From Sedimentisphaerales bacterium (GTDB lineage Bacteria > Planctomycetota > Phycisphaerae > Sedimentisphaerales > SM23-30), in the NCBI GenBank assembly GCA_963663965.2, contig CAXXFK010000041.1, positions 32,001 to 96,000 of the forward strand: a DNA stretch of 64,000 nt, given 5' to 3'. Made by a program: the position numbers and the translations under genes. Below are positions 18,741 through 27,037 of the stretch, piece by piece (position 1 is the stretch's first letter; every line of letters starts with the position of its first letter). The notes below the pieces were generated by a model, which saw only the letters and a list, made by a program, of their open reading frames with translations, did no database searches and was not told the origin of the DNA.

Positions 18741-21700
18741 TCATCGCGCTAACCAGTATTCGGAAAGCTGAATAATCTCGGTTATATCCGCCCCATCCAG
18801 TATCAGCCATTGATTGGATATCGCTTCATAATCTTCCATGTTCACTCCATAACTACCCGTCGTATCGCCCGGTATATCCCGCTGCCACCAGAGCATGGGG
18901 TACCCGCTGGCCTGATAGGGCATGTGCCAGATGTTATCAAAATCCCATCCTGCCCCGGTAAAGGTGGCTTTAACCTGCATGGCCTCCGTTAACAGACCTG
19001 TCCCGGCTCCGCTATAGGTCATACCTGAAGATTGCATATCCCAAAAACAGGTTTCGCCTGACTCACTGATATTATAGGCGGCCAGTCCGCCCCCGACGCT
19101 GCCGGTAACACTGCCGGTTGAGTAACAGTTAATCATCTGACACCCATATTCATTCGATCCCACCAGCCCGCCCAGCAATTGCCGCCCGGAAATATCACCC
19201 TGGGCATAACAATCAACAATGCTGCTCAATCGATGGTTGGCACTATAGTAGGTATTATTCCCAACCAGACCGCCAATAAACCAGCAATCTCCCGAACAAC
19301 TTAGATCAACCGTACTGTATGATTCCTTAATGGTTCCCCCATAGTTGATCCCCACCAAGCCACCCAGATTATCACACATATCATTCGTTGAAATGGTCCC
19401 ATTCGAGCCGCATTGCGCAATCTGGCTATTGGTGTTACCGCCCACCAATCCGCCCACCCAATCCGCCTGCTTTGGACAGGTAATGGCTACCTGGACAGTA
19501 CAATCCGTAATCGTAGATGAAACAGTTTGACCCACCAGACCGCCGATATAATACGCATAATCCCCCGTATGAATACTGACATCAGCCCAACATTTCCTAA
19601 CATTTCCATAAACCTTATAGCTGGTGATTCCCCCAATATAATCATCCCCGGTAAGTGTTCCCTGAACCGTACAGTTTTCAATCGTGCCATAAACCATCCC
19701 GGCCAGACAACTGATATTATCATCCCCGGCCACTGAACAATCCACTAAGTTTAAATTCTTCACTATACCACCTGTGCCAACATAGCCAAACAACCCCAGA
19801 TAATCATTCCCTTCAGCCACTCCGTCAATCGTCAAGCCGATAATAGAATAGCCCTGTCCATCAAATGAACCAACAAAAGAATCACCTTGAAAACCGCCAG
19901 ATGGTGATGTATCTGGGGCAAAAATTGCGGTATTACTAGCATTTAGCGATAAGTTGATATCATTCATTAAAAGATAGTATTTATTATAATCTTCATTACG
20001 GTTGCCTGCATAGAGCAAATCATCGATCGAATAAATTCTAAAAGGATCTTCTTTAGTGCCGCTACCTTTTTTCAAGTCTTCAAAGAAGACAAGTTTGGGA
20101 TATTCTCCAGGCCTTATCATCCAATAGTCATCAGTTCCATTGATTGATTCTCCAATAAAATCCCAACCGGCGTTCAGGTAGGATTGAACATCCTGCATTT
20201 CGGCAGTGGTTTTACCAAATCCGCCGTCACTGGTGGTTGTGCTGGATGTTTCAATATCCCAAAAACAACCAGTGATAGCTATGCCGGAACTATAGCCACA
20301 AAGACCGCCTACTTTTTCGGAAAATTGTCCGACTGAAATCGGACTGGAAGCATAACAGTTTTTGATCGTTCCGTTATCTTTTTCTCCACAGAAACCGCCA
20401 ATATATTCTGACCAATCTCCACTAGTAACGGAAGCAAGAGAGTAAGAATTTTCAATGGTGCCTTTTGACCATCCGCAGAATCCGCCAATACCACAAGTAT
20501 GATATCGGCTCCATACTATACCAGTGGTATAACATTCTGATATGGTTCCCAAATAGTTCCAGCCGCAAAGCCCACCTATAAATTCATAGAGGGAATCGCC
20601 ACCCTCCTCATATTCCAGATCAATTACCGATACCTGAGCTGTGGCGTGACATCGAGAGATTACTGCGCTATTTTCTCCACATAGTCCGCCAACACTTGAT
20701 TTGCCCTTGATATCGCCAGAAGCGTCGGAATTTGTTATAATACCCTGTTTCATATTAGTACCGCAAAGTCCGCCTATGGCATAAATGCCCATAACAGTAC
20801 CATTCGCATAGCAGCCATTAATGACACCACGATTATCTCCGCATAATCCACCCAATGGGCCAGATTCATCATCACAATCGCTTATTACAGTGCTTATGGT
20901 ATCACAATCCCGGATAGTTCCATGGTTCTCTCCACATAGCCCCCCAATGTTTTGGGCTAAATTTCCTGTCTCGATTAAACAAGAAATATGACATTGTTCT
21001 ATGGTTCCATTATTAAAGCCACATAATCCGCCAACGCAATTCGATTCAGGCCCACCAATGATGGTGCAATCTTGGATTTTAATATTTACAATTTGAGCAG
21101 AAGAGCCAATATACCCGAACAAGCCAAGATAAGAAATACTGGAACCAGAAGTATTGATATGCAAGTTGCTTATGGTATGATCCGCGCCATCAAAAACACC
21201 ATTAAACATTAGTCCGTTAAACTGCCAATTGGAGTCCTGGATACTTGGTGCGATCGGGGAATTATTAATATCATGATAAGAAGAGAGGTCAATATCCGCC
21301 GTTATAATAAAATACTTATCATAATCCAAAGGGTTCTTACCTAATGCAATCAAATCGTTGGCAGTGGCAATCTGATAAGGATCGGTTTCAGTACCAGAAC
21401 CGCCAGAATATTTTATCGGTGGCGTATCAAATTTCACAATCCAGCCTTCAATAACACCATCGGGATTAAATCCATTTCCTGAAATCGTTGTGCCATCGTC
21501 TGAAATACAATTTGCCTCATATAGAGTCCATTCAGTTAAATCTAATCCATATTCAGTTTCAAGAATCGTTTTTAAATTCACCATCCCTGTCTTTTCTGTC
21601 CAAAGGAAAGCTTCATGTTCTTGGTGGTTAATATCGCCTGATACAGTACTATACCCGACGACAATAGAACCATCTCTTGAAACGTCTTGAGCCCAGCTAA

Positions 21701-22467
21701 AAAACTCACCACCCGGCAAATCACCCAGCCCCGTCATAGTACCATTTTCCCAAATAAAACGCTTCACCAGGCCCCGGCCATATCTCTGTTTTTTGACTGT
21801 AACCAACGACAACTTGTCCGTTAGCAGATATCGCATTGGCACGGCTTTTATTTCCACCCAAATGCCCTAATGGCTTAATACCTTCTGATTCTGTCCAACG
21901 AGACGCATAGTTATTACCTCCAAACATGGCATAGCCAACAATAACAGAGTTATTTTGAGAGATATCTGAGCAATGCCCGATTAATTCCCAGCCAGTTTCA
22001 GATTGCCAGAATCCTTTATCACTTAAAAGAATAGTACCATCAGCCGATATGCCTGTCACATAATATCCAGCGGAATCCAGCAGGCATGTTGCTTGACCAT
22101 TATTCCAGATAAAGGGTGTTGACCCGCTTGACGATGATACCGAATTCCCTGCTATAATGGCCCCATTAAAGTTACAGGTTTTGGCTTCTGAATGCTGGCG
22201 GTTACAAAAATAGCCTAATTCTTGTATCCCTTCATCAACAGACCAGATAACAGCATATCCAAATGATTGATTGCCTGGTACTTCATACGCTTGACCTACA
22301 ATAACATTACCATCACCGGAAATACCAAAGGCCTGGCTTTGCATGAAATCTGGAATTGCTCCTGGGATATTTCCCATTCTATAAAAACGAGCTTCACTCC
22401 AAAGGGAGGAACATAGAATCAGAGAAACGAAAAAAACAAACCGCATAACAACCGTATTCTTAACCAT
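18741..22467 (-). CDS. Large secreted HAF-repeat + GLUG-repeat surface protein with dockerin-like tail (one frameshift at ~21756-21759)
   Basis: Signal peptide; repeated 'A..IS.DG..VVG' propeller blades; two 'GSGT..DPY/F.I...DL' blocks with many 'GGLCG/GGLVG' repeats; removing one T from a T4 run joins 'GPGEAF' to 'IWENGTMTGLGDLPGG'. Confidence 0.8.
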
Positions 22468-23014
22468 ATCCAGCTCCTTTATGAGAAAATCGATAAACTT
22501 TCCAGCAATCTACCCAATTGCAATGATTGCATCTATTTCATCATACCCATTCCGGCCTATTAAATCAATCGTGGTAAATACGGTATATCTGCATTTTTTT
22601 AACCTCCTGTTCTGGGGGCAGATGAGATCGGTTCCCGTATGTCTAGTTTGATAAAATGGCGGTAAGACCTTTCTAATCTTAAGGTTAGGGCGATATTTTT
22701 TCGTATTGGCTTCGTTTGGTTTTGGGTTGGCAATCGCTGCGCTCATGGTTGGTTTCCTTTCTTTGCGAGAAATACTGTCAGTAGCGCCTTGGGGAGGCGG
22801 TGGTTAAAATGGAAGTAGGAAGTAGTATAATTTTCACGCCAATGAATTGGTGGGTTATTCACGGTTATCTCCTTCTGAGGCGGACCTTCGGCCTTTGGGG
22901 TATTATTGGTATCCGCCGGAGGGCGGATGGTCAGTTTTATCTATCGCTGCAGAGCGATATCCTGGCGGTTCGCCTCTGCGAGGCGTGGGTTAAAAAATTA
23001 ATTTCATGTTTGTG

Positions 23015-23087
23015 ACCCAGGGTGACGCTCGTCCCGAAGGATCGGGATTCGCTCTGCCCTGGGCTATTTTATACCAGCCCGTTGGGC
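23015..23087. repeat. REP-like palindromic element with nested hairpin
   Basis: CCCAGGG...CCCTGGG outer stem enclosing TCCCGAAGGATCGGGA, followed by GCCCGTTGGGC. Confidence 0.6.
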
Positions 23088-23240
23088 CGCTTTGGGTATC
23101 CGTCCTCCTGAGGCGGACCTGCGGCCTATGTCGGATGGTTTTTTAATTTTTCGTTAAGATCAATTCTTTGTTGAGGTTATGGCAATATTTATGGGTATTG
23201 GGTTTGTTTCGCACCGGGTCATGATGGTTGGTGGTTGATG

Positions 23241-24027
23241 TCAGTAGTGACGGCATTGGAGGGTGGTGTCGGTTGGGGTGTTCTGGGAATTTTCTGCCGG
23301 CGTGAATGGTTTTATGTCATTGTTATAATTTTGGTTATAGTCGTGATTATTGGTGTTGGGTTCGTTTGGCGCTGGGGGATAGTTGGAGTGGTTGGGGGCG
23401 TATTGATGGGGTGTTTGGTTCAAAGGATCGGGATGAGATTCGTAGCGTTCGTAGCTGGAAGTGTGGTGGTAGTTATGGGTTGGTTTGTTTGTTTCTAAGT
23501 TTTTGTTATTGTTTGTGTTATGGTTGAATTTGCCTTCTTTGGGTTCGTTTGGTATTGGTTGGGTTTCGGGTTGTTGGCCTGGTTCGGGGGTGGCGTTTGG
23601 GTCGCACTGGATGGCGGGGGTGATCTGGTAGCCGGCTTCGAAGAGGATTTCTTTGGATTGCTGGATGATCTGCTGGTATTCCAGGTCGGTGGGCGGGCCA
23701 TCGGGGAGGCAATCTTTGAAGGAGTTGGAAACGGTGATGAACTGACGGATGAGTTGGGCAGTAGCGCGGCGGGCGGTGACGTTGTTGTCGGAGCGGGGAC
23801 TGGACGACGAGCCGTTGGAGGGCCTGGTGGCCGGCGCGGGTGGCGCGGAGTTTGTAGTCGCGGCGATCATAGGCGATCAGGCCGGCCAGTTCGCAGTGGT
23901 AGGAGTGGGTGTCGATGATATATTGATGCTGGCGGCGGGTGGTGTTGATGGTGGCGAGGAAGATGTCATCAATTTCGGGGCGGTGGTAGTATTGGGCACG
24001 GGCGAGAATTTGCATGGAACGATTCAT
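23241..24027 (-). CDS. Hypothetical protein with low-complexity Asn/Pro/His/Thr tail (one frameshift at ~23795-23798)
   Basis: AAGGAGG RBS and strong promoter upstream; removing one C from a C4 run gives ...LQRLVVQSRSDNNVTARRATAQLIR... with consistent C-ending codon usage. Confidence 0.6.
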
Positions 24028-24089
24028 GTTATACCTCCTTTTAACCTTAATAATGTTTTGTGTTTGACCGTTAGTGGCCGACTGTTGGG

Positions 24090-24118
24090 ATTATAGGTTG
24101 CATTTCAATAATAGTCAA
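24090..24118 (-). promoter_or_regulatory. Sigma70-type promoter for the 24027 gene
   Basis: TTGACT-17bp-TATAAT on the minus strand. Confidence 0.7.
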
Positions 24119-24164
24119 ATAAATAATAATATTAATTGCAATAAATACATAATATAAGAAAATT

Positions 24165-24812
24165 TCACCGTGAAGTAAGTGAAGGGAGTGAAGAAACAGC
24201 CGGAGAGATAAGAAATATATAACGGCCGATAAAACCGCAGATCCCGATGTACATCGGGACAGATAGACGCAGATAAAATAGATATAAGTTATTAAAATAA
24301 AAGAAGATATGGCTACGGAATCCGCGGAATACATGGAAGGGAATCAGGATGAAGTAGTTAAAATCAAAGAAGATAGAACTGCGAAAGGCACGAAAATAAA
24401 GAGTGGCGGGGCCACGAGTTAAAATATCTAAAGGCAGGGATTAACCACGAAGCCGTCCTCCTGAGGCGGATCTTCGACCTTCGGCTACACGAAGGGCGCC
24501 TACGGCGCTACACGAAGGATAAGAAAAAATATAACAGCCGGTTTATCCGGAGATAGACTTAGATAAAACAGATTTAAGTTATTTAAATAAAAGATGATAT
24601 GACCACTGAATACACGGAACACACGGAAGAAATCAGGGTTAAGAAGTTAAAATCAAAGAAGATAGAACTGCGAATGGCACGAAAATAAAGGGTGGCTGCG
24701 CCACGAGTTGAATTTTTGAAGGAGGGGGTTTATCGCAGAGTTTAGGAGGGCAAAGAGGGTAATGGCCGGGAGGGGGATGGACGGGTACGGACTTTCACTG
24801 ACTGGCACGGAC
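24165..24812 (+). repeat. Non-coding purine-rich array of ~9-nt-period triplet motifs, containing a ~160-200 bp direct repeat (24261-24420 and 24551-24709)
   Basis: GTGAAG x3, (C)AGAT x3, GGAA x3, CGAA x2 and CACGAAG x3, then the AGAT/GGAA/CGAA set again; the two cores align nearly without gaps. Confidence 0.8.
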
Positions 24813-24979
24813 GGGGATATGGTGGGGGGAGGATGGGGCTTTTTGATGGGATAATTTTGGTTGATCGGGATTTTCTGGATGTTGACAGGATCAAGAAATT
24901 GGGGGGAATGAGTTCTGGTTTGAAATTCTGGTTGGGAGGTGATGTGTTCAATTATTTTTTGATTCTGTCATTCGCATGA

Positions 24980-25008
24980 TTGTCAGGTGGGGATGGGTGT
25001 GTTAGAAT
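24980..25008 (+). promoter_or_regulatory. Sigma70-type promoter upstream of the HEPN cassette
   Basis: TTGTCA-17bp-TAGAAT with TG immediately upstream of the -10. Confidence 0.55.
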
Positions 25009-25211
25009 TGCGGGATACCGGAATATGGATTGAATTGGTCTTGTTTTAAGGAGTATTGATGAAGGATGAGTTATTGGAGCGATCTGTACACAAAGATATA
25101 ATTAAAGACAGAACCAGATTGACTATTATTACGATAAAAAATTAACTTATCGTGCCTGTCGAAAACCATCGTACTGATAAATTGGATGGCGAATCACTTA
25201 ATTAGAACAAC

Positions 25212-25909
25212 ATGAATCAAGAAGCAACACATAATATTGAATTAAATTTTTATTATTTACATTCGAATGACGCAGAAATGTTTCTTCAGTGGGCTAAACA
25301 GGAAGAAAAAATAAAATCGAAATTGAAGAGTATTCATGCTCGCCATGCAATTTTGGCAGCAATATTTGCAAGCGAATCTTTGATTAATCTTGTACTGGCT
25401 GATTTTTATATTCCAAGATCTGGTAGTGAAAGTATTGATAGGATGAGTTTGCATGATAAGTGGTTTGTTGCCCCACTCATATGCACAAATAATCAATCCA
25501 TGAAAACTTTTGATAAAGCTGAAGAGCCATTTCAAAGCTTTAATGATTAATAAAAATTCGTAATTGGCTTGTTCATCCAAAACCAGATTTGATTATTGAA
25601 GGCAGATTAGTAAATGGCCAAATAACCAACATTGAAACTGAAAAATCTTATCCTTGGCTAGAAACAATAAAAGGTGGCAATTGGTTACAAACAAAAATTC
25701 CCAAAAATCCATTTGAAATTACCTCTACTCATGCAGAAAAAGTTATAAATATAATTAAAGATATGGAGCTAAAATTAAAAGAATTCATGCCTTATCAAAT
25801 AACTGATGAATGGCTAAATCGAATAAAATTTAAGAATAAAAAAACTGGCAAAGTGGAGCATACCTCAACTGAAGCTCTTTGGGGTGGGTACACTCCAAAT
25901 GATGACTGA
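25212..25909 (+). CDS. HEPN-domain putative RNase (one frameshift at ~25547), AT-rich
   Basis: Adding one T at 25547-25548 gives ...SFNDLIKIRNWLVHPKPD..., restoring an R-N-x3-H HEPN motif and joining both ORFs; N-terminal helix 'AILAAIFASESLIN'. Confidence 0.65.
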
Positions 25910-25976
25910 TGATAAATTTTGAGAAGCTTTTATTTATAGAACAGCATAGAAAGCTATGCATGCCCCCTGATATTTC

Positions 25977-26051
25977 TGTTCGCCGGTTGTGTTCTTGGTA
26001 CAAGGTTTTGCAATGTAGATTAGAGAGTATTTAACGATTATAAAATGATAA
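25977..26051 (+). repeat. Degenerate copy of the 3' end of the 26258-26935 gene (matches 26864-26938)
   Basis: 75-nt ungapped alignment, 61/75 identical by my count, both ending AATGATAA. Confidence 0.85.
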
Positions 26052-26257
26052 TTTTTCTACGCAATTAAGGTCATTATTATAGAAGGAGAATAAATCGGAA
26101 CAGCTTTCATCTCTAATGAAGAAAACAGGGGATTCCGGTGATATGGATGAATCCAAGTGTTTCAGGTGTAACCTGAGTAAAGTGGGATGAGTTGATTTAA
26201 AGAAACGTATGGGCGGCGCTTGCCGTACTGGTTGAGATTAATATAAAAGGTGAAGTA

Positions 26258-26935
26258 ATGATCGATAGACAGGCAAGAGATTTGGCGATATTGGCGATTG
26301 AGGCGTTTTTGGATGACCGGATGGGGGCGTTTGAGTTTGCTGAACGGCTTGGTGAGATCAAGACGGAAGATGCTACGGTCAGGTATGTCGTTAAGGTGGC
26401 GTGGTATCATTATGATGATTGCCGGGATCACAAGGTGTGCTTCAGCAAGCAGCAATGGGATCTTTTTCAAAGGCTGCTGTTGCTGTTGAGTTCTGACCTG
26501 GAGATAGTGGTGGTAAAGAAGAAGCGGTGGGCGTGGGATCATGGGCTGGCGCTGGCCGGGCTGGTGGGATTTCTTGGGCTGGCATTTTATACGGGCTGGG
26601 GAGAGCACCTGTTTGCCCTGACGATACCATTTGGGGCGCTATCGATGCTCATTTCTTTTTACCGGGCACGTGCCATCAAAGGGCTGTCAACCTTTGAGCT
26701 GGCGTGTTATCCTTTTACGGCTATCGCACCAATTGCCTTGCTGAAAGAGCACGCACCGCAGTTTGTGAAACGACGGTATCGCAAGGAGATTGGGGAACGG
26801 ATAGTGTGGAGTGACTCTGAACAGAAGTTTAATCATTTGAGGACTGTGGTACCGTGGCTGCTTTGTTCGCCGGTTGTGCTATTGGTACAAAGTTTTGCGA
26901 TGACGGTTAGAGAATATGCGACGATTAAGGAATGA
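26258..26935 (+). CDS. Hypothetical membrane protein
   Basis: 225-aa ORF with helical N-terminus and 2-3 hydrophobic segments; AAGGTG RBS. Confidence 0.7.
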   Translation: MIDRQARDLAILAIEAFLDDRMGAFEFAERLGEIKTEDATVRYVVKVAWYHYDDCRDHKVCFSKQQWDLFQRLLLLLSSDLEIVVVKKKRWAWDHGLALAGLVGFLGLAFYTGWGEHLFALTIPFGALSMLISFYRARAIKGLSTFELACYPFTAIAPIALLKEHAPQFVKRRYRKEIGERIVWSDSEQKFNHLRTVVPWLLCSPVVLLVQSFAMTVREYATIKE

Positions 26936-26972
26936 TAAGGAAGGGAAGCTGTTTTGACCAGTTACGTGAAAT

Positions 26973-27004
26973 AAAAAAGCCCCGCCGGAGTCTTCCGGCG
27001 GGGC
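26973..27004 (-). terminator. Intrinsic terminator of the LamG gene
   Basis: GCCCCGCCGGA-GTCT-TCCGGCGGGGC with A6 (U-tract on the minus strand). Confidence 0.85.
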
Positions 27005-27037
27005 GTCAATCCTAAAATTAAAGTCCGATTGGGTCCA

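Larger units (their letters stand above)
22869..24486. repeat. Three dispersed copies of a short hairpin element CCTYCTGAGGCGGAYCTKCG (22869-22894, 23098-23127, 24453-24486)
   Basis: Direct comparison of the copies; related GC hairpins at 22911-22928 (ATCCGCCGGAGGGCGGAT) and ~22968-22985. Confidence 0.7.

Noticed and set aside
22510..23015. ORFs 22510-22746 (-) and 22800-23015 (+)
   Set aside because: Short with no recognisable family; the second runs through hairpin elements. The first has a plausible AAGGA RBS and cannot be excluded, but is unsupported
23235..24096. Plus-strand Gly/Val-rich 'membrane protein' ORFs
   Set aside because: Antisense shadows of the C/A-rich minus-strand gene, which has the promoter and RBS
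24165..24812. CRISPR array
   Set aside because: No constant 23-47-nt repeat with unique spacers of even length, and no cas genes
24071..24951. ORFs 24071-24334 (-) and 24742-24951 (-) as genes
   Set aside because: Low-complexity translations of skewed repeat DNA with no RBS or recognisable domain
25977..26938. DGR template/variable repeat pair
   Set aside because: Mismatches involve all four bases rather than being adenine-specific, and there is no reverse transcriptase in the window
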